DNA of 64,000 nt, taken from assembly GCA_050633305.1 (NCBI GenBank), contig JBOEGF010000014.1, forward strand, positions 128,001-192,000. Reading direction: 5' to 3'. Shown one piece after another: positions 46,194 to 57,387 of this stretch. This DNA is from Nannocystales bacterium. Its GTDB lineage: Bacteria; Myxococcota_A; Polyangia; Nannocystales; Nannocystaceae. Each line of letters opens with the position of its first letter. The stretch's first letter is position 1. A program made the position numbers and the translations under genes. The notes under the pieces were generated by a model. The model made no database searches and was not told the origin of the DNA. It saw nothing but the letters and a program-made list of their open reading frames with translations.

Positions 46194-46317
46194 TCGATCT
46201 GGGCTCGAACGTCACTAGTAAATGAGGGAGTTGGGAGCGTCGCTCTCATCTCTCGGGGACGTCGCAGGAGCGCAACCAGAGCCGGAAGGTGAGGGAGGAG
46301 GATTCTCCCTCACATGC

Positions 46318-48207
46318 TCACCCCGTTTCCACCCGAGTGTCAGTATCAGCGTCGGGTGTTTCCCCTGTATCGGAGGCATCGGGGGTATCGGATGTATCGG
46401 ACTCGGGGGTGTCGAGCTTGGTCTCGATGAACACACGGAGCGAGGGCACCGTAAATTCATCGTTCACCACGGCATCCAGGGCCGCCTGTGCGGTCGCTTG
46501 GGCCTCGTGCGTGGTGTGTTCGGCCAGGTCGGGCTGAGCGTGCTCGAGCAGGAGTTCGGCGAGGTAGTAGACGGCCTTCGACGCGTCCACGATCTCCGGG
46601 TCTGCGTGGTACTGCGTCAGAAACCGCGCGGCACCTTCCACCGTCTGTGGGGCGCTGATGTCCCGCAGTGCCCGTGCCACGTGGTCGAGCTCTTCGGGCT
46701 CGAGCTCGGGGAGGTCGAGCAGCGCGACCAGCGGCTTGAAGACGGCCTCGCCCCCAGCCTCGACCGCCTCCAACGCGGCATCTCGAAGCGCGTCTCCACG
46801 TAGCTTCGTCGACGCGAGTTTCCCGGCGAGGGCCTGGACGGTCTGTGGATCCCCACGACCCCAAGCTTCCGAGAGGAGGCTGTCGGCATGGTCCAGGAGC
46901 GCGAGCGTGGCGTCGGAGTCATCGGGACGCGAGACGCCCGCGGCGACGTTCTCCACGGCACGGCGGACCGTCGGGCGGGGGTCTCGCCAAAGCAGGGTCA
47001 GGGCGAGCTTCTGAGCGGGTAGAAGCCGCTCGTCGGGGTCTTCGATGAGACCCTGCAACAACGCAACGGTGGTGTCGCGGTCGACCGCGTTGTCCGCTCC
47101 GTCGACGGGTCGGCTGTGGCCGATGAATGCAGCGCCCCGAGGTTCGAGCACGCCCTCGATCTCCTGGCGGACTCGTCCGGTCGCGCGGTCGAGGTGCACC
47201 AGCGCTCCATCATCGCGGACCAAGAGCACCGCATCGGGCATCGCCGCAAAGTCGACATACTCCCGTTGGTCCATCCTCGTGTGAACCCAGCGTGCTCGCG
47301 AGAGGCGACCGCGTTCATCCAGGCGGACGAAGATCAGGGCGCGCCGTCCCAGGAACAACGCCTCCCGCGGGGCACCGGCGCCAGCGGGAGGCAAGAGCCG
47401 AAACACGACGCCCGCGTGGTGTCCGAGGCCAGGCTCGATGCCATCCACGCGTGCGAAGAGTTGGGCGTCGTCCTGCTCGTAGTCGTATCGGGTACCGACG
47501 GCCAGGTCGATCAGGGCGTCGCCATCGGAGGCGAGCACGGTCTGTCCATGTCGTTCGACGCGATCGAGTTCAACTCCGCCGGTGCTGCGGGTCCCGAGGG
47601 TCCGACCCGTCCGCATGCTGACGGCGATGACCCTGTCCCCTGAAGGCACGAACGCCGTCCTCCCACTCGCCGCCGGGACTCCAAGCAAGGTGTTGCTGGG
47701 ACGGGTCCACCGAATGCGGCCGTCGTTCATCGACATGCCTCCAACGATGGAGCGTGCGGTCTCGCGGTCTCGTGGTCGCCGGCGATCTTTGGGGTCGGCT
47801 TGCAGCGCAGTGACGATGACACCGCGGGCGGAGGCGTCGAGTCCGGTGAGGACTTGGCCGGGGAGGGCGTGCTGCCACAGCGTCGCCCCGGTGTTCGCGT
47901 CGAGGGCGATCGCACGGTGCCCGTAGACTGGGACCACGACCGCATCACCGACCGACACGGGCGGACCAAACGCGCGGATGGGCCGACGCCAGAGCTCCGC
48001 ACCACTGAGAGGGTCGACACCGACCGCCTCCGCGTCGGAGAACAGGACCAGGCGAAGGGAGCTGTTCTTCTCCGGCTGAACCGCGTCTCGCATCGCCCGG
48101 GTGAAGGGGGCTCCGGAGCGACGCGGCTCGAGAGGTCCGCGTGCGCAGGCGGCGAGCGAGCTCAGCAGCAGAGCGCTAGCGACGAGATTTGCGAACGATC
48201 TTGGCAA
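46318..48207 (-). CDS. PQQ-like beta-propeller plus HEAT-like repeat lipoprotein
   Basis: Lipobox LAAC; LDANTGATLW-type repeats; helical C-terminal half. Confidence 0.75.
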   Translation of the reverse strand: MPRSFANLVASALLLSSLAACARGPLEPRRSGAPFTRAMRDAVQPEKNSSLRLVLFSDAEAVGVDPLSGAELWRRPIRAFGPPVSVGDAVVVPVYGHRAIALDANTGATLWQHALPGQVLTGLDASARGVIVTALQADPKDRRRPRDRETARSIVGGMSMNDGRIRWTRPSNTLLGVPAASGRTAFVPSGDRVIAVSMRTGRTLGTRSTGGVELDRVERHGQTVLASDGDALIDLAVGTRYDYEQDDAQLFARVDGIEPGLGHHAGVVFRLLPPAGAGAPREALFLGRRALIFVRLDERGRLSRARWVHTRMDQREYVDFAAMPDAVLLVRDDGALVHLDRATGRVRQEIEGVLEPRGAAFIGHSRPVDGADNAVDRDTTVALLQGLIEDPDERLLPAQKLALTLLWRDPRPTVRRAVENVAAGVSRPDDSDATLALLDHADSLLSEAWGRGDPQTVQALAGKLASTKLRGDALRDAALEAVEAGGEAVFKPLVALLDLPELEPEELDHVARALRDISAPQTVEGAARFLTQYHADPEIVDASKAVYYLAELLLEHAQPDLAEHTTHEAQATAQAALDAVVNDEFTVPSLRVFIETKLDTPESDTSDTPDASDTGETPDADTDTRVETG

Positions 48208-48676
48208 CGGCCTCGTCCCGGGCGAGGAGTCGCATCAGCGCCTCTTCGACGTGAGGGGCGGTGTAGGCGAGCGCCATCTCGACGCCGAGGACTCGGATCT
48301 CGGTTGTGGGGTCGTCCATCGCGAGCAGCGCGGCCTCGCCACCAAAGTCTCGGTCGATCGAGGCGAGCGCGACCAACGCTCGGGCGCGGATCGTTGCCTT
48401 GCGATAGCGCGCATATCGACGCAGTGCGGGCGCATATTCCTCTCGGGGATAGCTGCGCGCATTGTCGACGAACGCTGCCAACGACTTGGGCGGCAGCCCA
48501 CCTGCGACCTTGGAGAGCACGACACCCAGCGCGATCGGATCGGCGCGCGACATCATGCTGTCGAAGAGACGAGCCTGACGCGCGTCGTGATCGAAGTGCC
48601 GCGCGGCCTTGGGGGGCGTCGCGCGGTTTGCGTCAGCCGTTGTGCCAGTCAGCAGCGCCAGGACCAAAACCCACAT
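48176..48676 (-). CDS. HEAT-repeat protein, secreted
   Basis: IRARALVALASI...DDPTTEIRVLG; hydrophobic N-terminus; overlaps the next gene. Confidence 0.7.
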   Translation of the reverse strand: MWVLVLALLTGTTADANRATPPKAARHFDHDARQARLFDSMMSRADPIALGVVLSKVAGGLPPKSLAAFVDNARSYPREEYAPALRRYARYRKATIRARALVALASIDRDFGGEAALLAMDDPTTEIRVLGVEMALAYTAPHVEEALMRLLARDEAVAKIVRKSRR

Positions 48677-48803
48677 TGCTGCTCGGGCCTAGCACGGGTG
48701 TTCGCGAGGCGGAAGAAACACCGCAAAGCTGGGTGTAGGTGTGCGTCGGGCGAATCCGCCCGAGACGGAGCCAGAGTCGCGCAGGTGACGCTCCGACAAG
48801 AAC

Positions 48804-50285
48804 TCACCCGAGCATCATCGAGAACGCTGCCCCACCGGCGAACAGCAACGCACCGAGGATCGCGAGCAGCATGTACTGCCAAGATCCGCCGGACTGAGCG
48901 GCAGGGGTGGTCTGCGTGGGTGCGCCCGCTTTTGGATCCGCGCTGTCGATGGCGGCCAGCTCGGCTTCGAGGGTCGCCAGGAGGGCTCGCCCACCTCCCA
49001 CGTTCGCGTCACGGACCGAGGGAGGCTTTGCGGTGACGACACCCGCGTGGGGTTCGACGCGAGTCCGGGTCGGGATCCGGTCGGACCGCTCCGCCACGGC
49101 TGCAGCTGCGGCTGAAGCTGGGGTGTCCTGCGGAGTGGGGGCCTTTGGGGGCAGTGAGGGGGTCCTCGCTTTGGAGGTCTGAAGAGGTCGTCGCTGCGAC
49201 CGAGCGGGCCGATGGGGTACGGCACGGGGCACCTTGGCGGGAGGCCGGGCATCGATCGACGTCGAGATCCGTTCCTTGGCTTGGCGCGTGATGCTGTAGC
49301 CGGTCGCAGCGTCTGGCATCGCGGGGGTTGGCGCTGCACCTGGCCGCGGGATTTCGAGAATCTTGGGCGCGTCCGGAGGCGTTTGGGTTCCGCCGCCGAT
49401 GCTGGGAGCGTCGACCACGATCACACACTGACTCTTGGCGAGGAGGATGATTGCCTCGAGCGTTCGGAACTCGCCCAACAGGCCAAACTCGGAGAGCTCG
49501 CGAAGAGAGCGCTGGCCGTCGCAGAGTCGGAAGACGGTTCGCGCCAGATCCCACGCCCTCTTGTTGGCGGAGTCGGGCTCGGCGTCGCCCCATCCCTCGG
49601 AATCACCCGTGGAGCTCGGCTTGCCTCCTGGCGGGAGCGGGCCCGGCTCGTACATGGGAAGCGCGAGTTGCCCCTGGTCCCCGAGTTTGTCCAGCATTCG
49701 AGGCAGTTCGTCTTCTCGACGCGCCTGCTCCATCAGGAGGTGCTGAAGACTTGGGCTGGCCTCGAGGGGCAGGGTGCGGGCCTGCCACGTCAGATCTCCG
49801 CGAAGCAGGGTGATTCGGGTTCCGGGGACGGAGCTTTGTCGAAGGGCCTCGAGTGCGCTCTCGTAGACGAACTCGCGCGCGAGGTCTTTCCACTGAGGGT
49901 CAGGCGTATCGGACTGGCTCGGGGGTGGGGTCTTCGTCCGCTCGGGAAAACGGGCGTGCAGCTCCTCGCTCCACGACACGAGCTCTCCGAGGACTCCGGG
50001 TCCGCAAGCGCCGGTGAGTCGGCCCTTCTCCAGGTGAAACCCGCATCCGCGTTTCCCATTCATCGACTCCACCAGGAGCACGCCACTGGGCTCGTGGCCT
50101 GCCAGGGCTGCCAGCATCTCGACCGCGGGCATGCCCTCCGACGAGGTTGCGGTGGTGGGGTTGAGGTGGGCGATGTTGGTGGTGACTTCGGCAACCGGGA
50201 CGCCGCACAGGGTCAGGATGCGCGTACCGACTTCCACAGGCGCTGCGCCCTGAAGCTGGCTTGCGAGAAGCTCCGCCGTCGTCAC
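48804..50285 (-). CDS. DUF4388-like protein with Pro-rich linker and C-terminal TM
   Basis: SGVLLVE...[45 protein letters not shown]-terminal hydrophobic helix. Start uncertain. Confidence 0.7.
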   Translation of the reverse strand: MTTAELLASQLQGAAPVEVGTRILTLCGVPVAEVTTNIAHLNPTTATSSEGMPAVEMLAALAGHEPSGVLLVESMNGKRGCGFHLEKGRLTGACGPGVLGELVSWSEELHARFPERTKTPPPSQSDTPDPQWKDLAREFVYESALEALRQSSVPGTRITLLRGDLTWQARTLPLEASPSLQHLLMEQARREDELPRMLDKLGDQGQLALPMYEPGPLPPGGKPSSTGDSEGWGDAEPDSANKRAWDLARTVFRLCDGQRSLRELSEFGLLGEFRTLEAIILLAKSQCVIVVDAPSIGGGTQTPPDAPKILEIPRPGAAPTPAMPDAATGYSITRQAKERISTSIDARPPAKVPRAVPHRPARSQRRPLQTSKARTPSLPPKAPTPQDTPASAAAAAVAERSDRIPTRTRVEPHAGVVTAKPPSVRDANVGGGRALLATLEAELAAIDSADPKAGAPTQTTPAAQSGGSWQYMLLAILGALLFAGGAAFSMMLG

Positions 50286-50697
50286 CGTGTCGGTGCGTTG
50301 GTGGAGTGTTGGGGCTGCGCTGCGTTCCACGGGTCCTGGAGATCGAAATGGTGTTGTGCGGTCGAAAATGCAACGCGTGAAGGCGCGCCGGTGGGCGGCC
50401 CGTTTCAGGCAATCGGCTGAGAACACCCGTTTTGGGCCATCGACCGGGGGATCGGAGCAGTCGATCGGGTCGTCGATTAATTCGCTCGCCGCCACAAAAA
50501 GTTTGATCCAGCCTTTTCGTCGCAAGCGGCGGCGGAGTTTCTGGTGCCATCCGCCCCGACCCGGCCGACCGTTGCTGGCCCGCTGCTCGCGGAGCGCTGC
50601 CCCGCTGGACCCTGGGTTGGATTGCCGTCGGACCCCCTGCACGGAGAGCCCCGACAAACCCTTGCTTCGGCGCGCTGGGCGTTTTCTACTTCGGCCT

Positions 50698-52341
50698 GTG
50701 GTTCATCCTCTGGCCGGAAAGAAGCCGCCGCATTCCCTGCTCATCGACGTCCCCAAGCTGGTGGGTGACTACTACACGCTGCGCCCCGACCCTGGGGAGG
50801 CGTCGCAGCGGATCTCGTTCGGGACCAGCGGTCACCGAGGATCGGCATCCTCGGTTTCGTTCAACGAAGATCACATCTTCGCGGTCACGCAGGCGCTTTG
50901 TGACTACCGCGCTCAGGCCGGCATTACGGGGCCGGTGTTCGTCGGCATCGACACCCACGCACTCTCGCGTCCGGCTCGAAACACCGCGCTTGCGGTCTTC
51001 GCCGCCAACGGGGTCACCGCGCTCATCGACGCTGGCGATAGCGTCACCCCCACCCCCGCTGTATCCGTGGCGATCCTTGCCCACAACAAGGGGCGGACCG
51101 ATGGGTTGGCCGATGGCGTGATTCTGACGCCCAGCCACAACCCTCCGGCGGACGGCGGCTTCAAGTACAACCCGCCGCATGGGGGCCCAGCCGGCGGTGA
51201 CATCACCCAGGCCATTCAGGACCGCGCCAACGCCCTGTTGGAGGCTCGGCTCGATGGCGTTCGGCGGGTCAGCGTGGCATCGGCCCTTCGGGCAGCCACG
51301 ACACAACCGTTCGACTACATCACTCCCTATGTCGCGGCGCTGGAGCAAGTGATTGACCTCGAAGCCATCGCGGGGAGCGGTCTCGAACTCGGGGTCGATC
51401 CGATGGGTGGCTCGGGCATCAACTACTGGGGCCCGATCTCCGAAAAGTACGGGCTAAAGATCGACGTCATCAATGACGCCATCGATCCAAGGTTCTCCTT
51501 CGTCTGCGTCGACAAGGACGGCAAGATCCGCATGGACTGCTCTTCCCCGTACGCGATGGCGGGACTGGTCGAACTCAAAGAGCGCTACGTCGTCGCCGTG
51601 GGCAACGATACGGACTACGATCGCCACGGCATCGTCACGCGCAGTCAGGGGCTGATGAACCCCAATCACTATCTCGCGGTCGCGATCGACTACCTGTTTC
51701 GAACCCGCGAGGGATGGTCCGCGGATGCTGTCGTCGGCAAGACGCTGGTCAGCAGCAGCATGATCGATCGGGTTGCGGCTGACCTCGGACGCAAGGTCAG
51801 TGAGGTCCCTGTGGGCTTCAAGTGGTTCGTCGACGGGTTGGTGAGCGGTGCGTACGGATTCGGAGGCGAGGAGAGTGCAGGAGCGAGTTTCCTGCGTAAG
51901 GATGGGACCGTGTGGTCGACCGATAAGGACGGGATCATTATGGATTTGCTCGCTGCGGAGATCACCGCCAAGACCGGGAAAGACCCGGGGGAGCACTACA
52001 CCGCCCTGACCCAAAAGCACGGCCAGCCGGTGTACGAGCGTCTGGATGCGCCCGCAACGCCCGTTCAGAAGGCAGCGCTCAAGAAGCTGTCTCCAGATCA
52101 GGTCACCACCGATACGCTCGCCGGCGATCCGATCGTTGCGAAGCTTACCGAGGCCTCGGGCAATGGGGCGGCAATCGGCGGACTCAAGGTCGTGACCGAG
52201 CAGGGTTGGTTCGCCGCACGACCGTCGGGAACCGAGGACGTCTACAAGATTTACACCGAGAGCTTCGGCGGGCCAGACCATCTCGCGAAGATCCAGGAAG
52301 AGGCGAAAGCGATCGTTGCGTCGGCACTCGGTGGTGCGTGA
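50698..52341 (+). CDS. pgm: phosphoglucomutase, alpha-D-glucose phosphate-specific
   Basis: [41 protein letters not shown]. Confidence 0.96.
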   Translation: MVHPLAGKKPPHSLLIDVPKLVGDYYTLRPDPGEASQRISFGTSGHRGSASSVSFNEDHIFAVTQALCDYRAQAGITGPVFVGIDTHALSRPARNTALAVFAANGVTALIDAGDSVTPTPAVSVAILAHNKGRTDGLADGVILTPSHNPPADGGFKYNPPHGGPAGGDITQAIQDRANALLEARLDGVRRVSVASALRAATTQPFDYITPYVAALEQVIDLEAIAGSGLELGVDPMGGSGINYWGPISEKYGLKIDVINDAIDPRFSFVCVDKDGKIRMDCSSPYAMAGLVELKERYVVAVGNDTDYDRHGIVTRSQGLMNPNHYLAVAIDYLFRTREGWSADAVVGKTLVSSSMIDRVAADLGRKVSEVPVGFKWFVDGLVSGAYGFGGEESAGASFLRKDGTVWSTDKDGIIMDLLAAEITAKTGKDPGEHYTALTQKHGQPVYERLDAPATPVQKAALKKLSPDQVTTDTLAGDPIVAKLTEASGNGAAIGGLKVVTEQGWFAARPSGTEDVYKIYTESFGGPDHLAKIQEEAKAIVASALGGA

Positions 52342-52358
52342 TGGCCACCGTCCCGTGA

Positions 52359-54125
52359 TTGGCGTTCGGATCTGGGACGCGGCCTTTTCGACGGCGTGGT
52401 TTTCCCGATAGGCTCTTCGGAGTGTTGCTGGCAAGTGTGCTGCCGACCGGTCGCGGGAGAGCCCCCGGCGCGGGACGGCCGTCGGTCTCGGGTCGGACTG
52501 ATTCGCGAGAGACGCTTCGCGCCCTCATCGTCGAAGACGACCCAGGCGATGCACGGTTGGTCCAAGCGATGCTGCGTCGCGCGGGTCGCTGGGCGCTGAC
52601 CGTCCGCGTTGCGGAGTGTCTTCGCGATGCCGAAGACGTGCTCTCTTCGGGCCGAGAGCCTATCGACCTCGTTCTCCTCGACATGAGACTCCCCGATGGT
52701 GAGGGGTTGCATGCTCTTGGGCGCGTGCTCGCTGCGCGGCCTGACGTTGGCGTGATCGTTCTGACCGGTCTCGACGATGACTCTCTGGCCCGTGCCTGCC
52801 TGGCTGCGGGCGCCGTCGACTACGTGCGGAAGTCCGGCATGTTGGGGCATGGGTTCGTGCGAACCGTGGACTACGCGCTCGCTCGGGCGAAGAACCTCCA
52901 GTTGAAGACCCAGCTCGACGGCGTGGGCCGGCTGGCTGCGCTTGGGGAGATCACTGCTGGGGTTGCCCATGAGATCAACAACCCTGCGACCTACGTCGGC
53001 TACAGCATCGTCGATGTGAAGCGGTCGCTGAGGACGATCGCCAACAGGGTGTCGCCCACCGACGCCGCGCTTTCATCCGAGCTTCGGGGACTCACGGACA
53101 CGCTCGAGATGGCCTCCGAGGGGGTGGACCGAATCGTCGCCGTCGTCCGCGAGCTTCAGGACCACGCGTGTGAGAGTCCTTCGGATGGTGGTGCCGTCAC
53201 AGACCCGGTGGCGTCTGCCAAGTCGAGCCTGCGGCTCATCGACTACCAGGTTCGGCATTGGACCTCGGTCGAGACCGACTTCGCAGCGTGTCCGCCGATC
53301 TCGATTCACCCTCAACGGTTCGGCCAGATCGTCGCGAATCTGGTGCTCAACGCGGCGCAGGCCGTGCGCGACAGCGCCACGCCTACGCCCGTCCAAGTCA
53401 CGCTTGCTGTCGAGGAACACTCGGTCTTGTTGCAGGTTCGCGACCGCGGTGGCGGTATCCCGGCACCAGATCTCCCGAAGATCTTCGACTCGTTCTACAC
53501 ATCGAAGGGGAAGCGTGGAGGCACGGGTCTTGGCTTGTCGATCGTGCGCGAGGTCGTCACCGCGGCGAACGGGTCGATCAACGTCGAGAGTGAGGTCGGG
53601 GTGGGGTCCGTGTTCTCGGTTCGGATCCCGATAGCTCGGGATGCGGCGGTTGTTGGGCCACCGGGACAGTCGCGTGCGTTCCCAAAACGACGTGTGCTCT
53701 TGGTCGATGATGACGAACTCGTGCTCACCGCGTTGGGTCGCGCGCTCGGACGTCACCACGATGTGTGGACGACGAGCGGAGGGCAAGAGGCTCTCGATCT
53801 GCTTGCGGAGTTCGACGGCAAGACCGACGTGGTTCTCTGTGACCTGATGATGCCGGGGATGGATGGCGGGACGACGCTTTCCCGAATCTTCGCGCAGTTT
53901 CCTGCGTTGAAGGAACGCGCGGTCATCCTTAGCGGGGGCGGGACAACTGCGTCGCTGAGCACCCTGCTCGCCAAGAACCATCTGCAGATTATCAACAAGC
54001 CCGCTCGCGTGGCCGAGCTGCTGGAGACGATCGATACGGTGACCCGTAGCGAGCCTGGCCTCAGGCCGGAGCTCCAGGCGGTGGAAGCCGTACCACCGCG
54101 AACCAGTAATCCTGAAGAGTGTTGA
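52359..54125 (+). CDS. hybrid signalling protein REC-HisKA-HATPase-REC
   Basis: LIVEDD...LLDMRLPD; AHEINNP; NLVLNA, GTGLGL; VLLVDDD...CDLMMPGMDG. True start probably up to about 120 nt downstream. Confidence 0.92.
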   Translation: MAFGSGTRPFRRRGFPDRLFGVLLASVLPTGRGRAPGAGRPSVSGRTDSRETLRALIVEDDPGDARLVQAMLRRAGRWALTVRVAECLRDAEDVLSSGREPIDLVLLDMRLPDGEGLHALGRVLAARPDVGVIVLTGLDDDSLARACLAAGAVDYVRKSGMLGHGFVRTVDYALARAKNLQLKTQLDGVGRLAALGEITAGVAHEINNPATYVGYSIVDVKRSLRTIANRVSPTDAALSSELRGLTDTLEMASEGVDRIVAVVRELQDHACESPSDGGAVTDPVASAKSSLRLIDYQVRHWTSVETDFAACPPISIHPQRFGQIVANLVLNAAQAVRDSATPTPVQVTLAVEEHSVLLQVRDRGGGIPAPDLPKIFDSFYTSKGKRGGTGLGLSIVREVVTAANGSINVESEVGVGSVFSVRIPIARDAAVVGPPGQSRAFPKRRVLLVDDDELVLTALGRALGRHHDVWTTSGGQEALDLLAEFDGKTDVVLCDLMMPGMDGGTTLSRIFAQFPALKERAVILSGGGTTASLSTLLAKNHLQIINKPARVAELLETIDTVTRSEPGLRPELQAVEAVPPRTSNPEEC

Positions 54126-54507
54126 GCACACTGCTAAGCCCCGCGAGGCTTGGCGGTTTGCAGATGTACGAGTTCGCGTGGTGCCGGTAGGAGGCCGAGA
54201 TGTCGCGCTCCTGCTCGGAGCTTGTAAGCATCACGACCGGGACCTGGCACAGCTCGTCGTCGTCCTTGATGGCGGCGAGGACCTCGTGCCCGTCGAGGCC
54301 GGGGAGGTTGATGTCCAGCAGGATGAGATCGGGTCGCGGAGCGTCGGGAAACTTGCCCTGCCGCCGTAAGAACTCGAGGGCCGAGCGTCCATCGGTCACG
54401 ACATGAAGAGTATTGAGAACCTTCGAGGACTTGAACGCTTTACGCGTGAGCAGAATGTCGCCGGGGTTGTCTTCGACAAGAAGGATCTCTGCGGCTCGTA
54501 CATTCAT
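54061..54507 (-). CDS. single-domain response regulator (Rcp1-like)
   Basis: ILLVEDNPGD...RPDLILLDINLP...VVMLTSS...ANSYICKP...YWF; ATGA overlap with the kinase. Confidence 0.93.
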   Translation of the reverse strand: MNVRAAEILLVEDNPGDILLTRKAFKSSKVLNTLHVVTDGRSALEFLRRQGKFPDAPRPDLILLDINLPGLDGHEVLAAIKDDDELCQVPVVMLTSSEQERDISASYRHHANSYICKPPSLAGLSSVLNTLQDYWFAVVRLPPPGAPA

Positions 54508-56372
54508 TGGGGGGTCTCCCTAGGAAGGGTAAACCAGAATAGGGACCCTTGGTCAGGTTCGGATCGGACTCCGATCGATCCGTGGTGTCGTTCGATGGCT
54601 CGTTTGCTGATCGCGAGACCGATCCCGGTACCAGGAAATCTTGAACGCGAGTTGAGCCGCTGAAACATGCGAAAGACCTTGTTCGCGAATCGGGCCTCGA
54701 AGCCGATTCCGTTGTCTTCGATTTCAACCAGCGTGTCGCGGTCTCGCTCCGTCGCGGAGACCCGAATGATCGGGGGACGGTCCGGGTGGCGGAACTTGAG
54801 CGCATTGCTCATCAAGTTGCGGACAACGTGGAGAAGCTGACTCTTATCGGCCGTCACCATCGGAAGAGCGGGGAGCGCAACACTCGCCCCCGAGGCTTCG
54901 ATCTCCGTCTTCTGCTCTGCGATGACGTCGGCAAACAGGTCGGAAAGGGATAACGGCCTCAGAGCCATTGCCTCTGCGCCCGCGCGGGAGAACCGGAGCA
55001 GGTCCGAGACGAGGACACTCATGCGCTCAGCGCCGTCGTGTGCGAATTTCACGTACTCCTGACCGCTGGCGTCGAGGTTTTCGCTGTGCTCGTCCTTGAG
55101 CAGGCCCATGAAGCTCCGGACCATGCGGAGCGGCTCCTGCAGGTCGTGGGAGGCGACGTAGGCGAACTCCTCCAGCTCCCGCAGCGTCTGCTGGCGTTCG
55201 GTCACGTCGCTGACGGTCATGACCGCAGCGGCGTTTGTCGCCTCTTTGATGGGCGAGGCTGAGATCGACACCCATCGTTCGCTGGCTTCGCCGGGAGTCT
55301 TTCGCAGCACCCATTCGTTGCGAACCTCTTCACCTGCAAGCGCTCGGACGATGGGCAGGCGGTCGTGCGGTAGAGGATCGCCAGAGGCCGTGCGGAGTCC
55401 ACTGGCTTCGGTCCAGTCGGCTGGCGCTCCGTCGAATTTCTCTGATGCCAGAACCCGTTTTGCCTCCGAGTTTGCGAGCAGGACGTGTCCGTCTCGATCG
55501 GTGACGAGCGCGCCCGTGGAGAGCGAGCTGATGATGTTCGCAAGTTCACTCCGGGCCGCGGATGTCTCCCGGTTGGCCTCCTGAAGTTCGAGGTTGCGCT
55601 CCTTGAGGGCGTCCTCGACTCGAACCCTCTTCGTGACGTCGTTGAGCTTGACCATGACGCCCACAGCCTCGCCGTCGGGCATCTGCCACGGCCGCAGTGA
55701 GACCTCGAACGATCGCCCGATCGATGGAACGGTGTGGGGCTGGTCGTCGACTGGCGCTCCATCATCCAGAACTGCGTCGATGGTCTCCTCCAAGGGAACG
55801 AGATGCTCGAGAGCTTGGCCGTACTCTTCTCCGGCCTCGAGCTCGAGCGCGAACGTGCTCCTGAGTCGGGGCGTGGACGCGACGACTCGTTTCTTGGCGT
55901 CGAGAAGGAGCGCGGACACGGGCAAGACATCGACGACTTGCCGGAGCATCGACGCGGTGTCCTTTCGAAGTCCCCGCATGGTCGCGGATGCCTCCCGCAG
56001 CATGGGGTCGTCTTCCCCGCGCGATGTTCCGACCGTCCCCAGCACTGTGTTCGTGCGAGCGTCCGCCATGCGCGTCTTGATGGTGGCGTAGTACTCGACG
56101 TTCCCATCGTGCCGCGTCACGGGTTCGACGGTCGTCAGCGCGGCCCCGGTCCGAAGAACCTGTCTGTCGTCACGCACATACTGAAGCGTGTCGTCTGGGT
56201 CGCTGTGGCTCCCATCGACCTGATCCTTCAGCTCGGCTCGGGTGACCCCGTAGTAGTCGCAGAATGCCTGGTTCGCCCACAACAGTCGTGAGCGCTCATC
56301 CTTGACCAAGACGAACTCGGTCATTGAGTCGAGAACGAGCTGGAACCACTCCGACGATTCCTGTTCGGGCAT
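54504..56372 (-). CDS. multi-PAS cytoplasmic sensor histidine kinase
   Basis: Three PAS-like regions; FAYVASHDLQEPLR; NLMSNALKF; DNGIG; GTGIGLAI. Confidence 0.93.
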   Translation of the reverse strand: MPEQESSEWFQLVLDSMTEFVLVKDERSRLLWANQAFCDYYGVTRAELKDQVDGSHSDPDDTLQYVRDDRQVLRTGAALTTVEPVTRHDGNVEYYATIKTRMADARTNTVLGTVGTSRGEDDPMLREASATMRGLRKDTASMLRQVVDVLPVSALLLDAKKRVVASTPRLRSTFALELEAGEEYGQALEHLVPLEETIDAVLDDGAPVDDQPHTVPSIGRSFEVSLRPWQMPDGEAVGVMVKLNDVTKRVRVEDALKERNLELQEANRETSAARSELANIISSLSTGALVTDRDGHVLLANSEAKRVLASEKFDGAPADWTEASGLRTASGDPLPHDRLPIVRALAGEEVRNEWVLRKTPGEASERWVSISASPIKEATNAAAVMTVSDVTERQQTLRELEEFAYVASHDLQEPLRMVRSFMGLLKDEHSENLDASGQEYVKFAHDGAERMSVLVSDLLRFSRAGAEAMALRPLSLSDLFADVIAEQKTEIEASGASVALPALPMVTADKSQLLHVVRNLMSNALKFRHPDRPPIIRVSATERDRDTLVEIEDNGIGFEARFANKVFRMFQRLNSRSRFPGTGIGLAISKRAIERHHGSIGVRSEPDQGSLFWFTLPRETPQ

Positions 56373-56579
56373 TCCAAGTCAGTCTCGCATCTTTCGCCGC
56401 ACTCCCGATGCGACTGGCCCGAAGTAGTCCCCGACTTCGGGCGGTCCCGGAAAGGTCCGCAATGGCGAGGCGAGTGATGGAACGACTCGGCGCGATCGAT
56501 GACATTGGAGCGTCCGTATCCCGGACGTGTGGTCGTTCCGAGCGGCGCTCGAGCTGAACGTCGTGCGGCTGAGGAACGG

Positions 56580-57119
56580 TCAGGGATTGCTGGGCGCGGG
56601 CTCGAGCGCGGCGAGTAGCAGACCCAAGGAGTCATGCGCGTCTTCGGCCTCGGCCGTCGCCTCGATGGCGGCGACGACATCACGAAGCATTGCGGCCTCT
56701 CGATCGTGCAAGCGCAGCCGAAGCTGAAGCCCGCGGGAGAAGCTCGCGTGTCGCTGGGACTGTGGCTGTCCCTCGCGGCAGCCGACCCACAGGGCGACTG
56801 CGTATGCCAACGGGCGCTCGTCGGCCTCGAGCGCGTCGAAGTCGAGCTCGCCGAACGGGAGAGGGCCGGCGGCGATGGCACCGAAGGGGCTCCCGCTGCG
56901 GCGTGGTGCGGAGGAGAGCTGCCGGGCGAGGGCGTGGCCTCGGTCCACGGCACGGGCGGCGAGCGCTCCGTCACTCCACATGGAGGCGACGGCGATTTCG
57001 AAGAGGGGCGTAGGGAGGCGGCCGTAGCCGGAGGATGCTTGCGTGGTCGGCGCGCCGCGCTCGGGAGCAGTCTGAAACAGCGTCTCGGCGGTGCTCGGTG
57101 CGGTGTGATCGTCAGGCAT
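56580..57119 (-). CDS. hypothetical protein, weakly TerB-like
   Basis: EIAVASMWSDGALA...LAYAVALWV. Start uncertain. Confidence 0.5.
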   Translation of the reverse strand: MPDDHTAPSTAETLFQTAPERGAPTTQASSGYGRLPTPLFEIAVASMWSDGALAARAVDRGHALARQLSSAPRRSGSPFGAIAAGPLPFGELDFDALEADERPLAYAVALWVGCREGQPQSQRHASFSRGLQLRLRLHDREAAMLRDVVAAIEATAEAEDAHDSLGLLLAALEPAPSNP

Positions 57120-57387
57120 CAACAAACTCGGCGCCGGTTTCGCGGCGGGGGGTGCGGAAGCGACCGGTTTTCGACCCAGGCCGCTGTTGCGTCGGGGGAT
57201 GTCGTCGGTCAAGCGTGGGCTCACCCCGCTTCCCGACACGCACTGCCACATCTTGCAGCCTGCGCCTCACCACCCCTTCTTCGGGAAATGCATCTATTCG
57301 TGTTTTGCCATGGGGTCAAGCCACATCGGCGTCCCAATTTCCGGTATTGACCGCTTATGTGGGTGAATTGAGCACCTCTGCTACCGT

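Noticed and set aside
12183..50697. Long N-terminal extensions in the ORF track (12183, 14792, 16772, 41965, 44736, 50287 starts)
   Set aside because: The extensions overlap neighbouring genes or promoters and lack family similarity; downstream starts have an RBS or -10 support.
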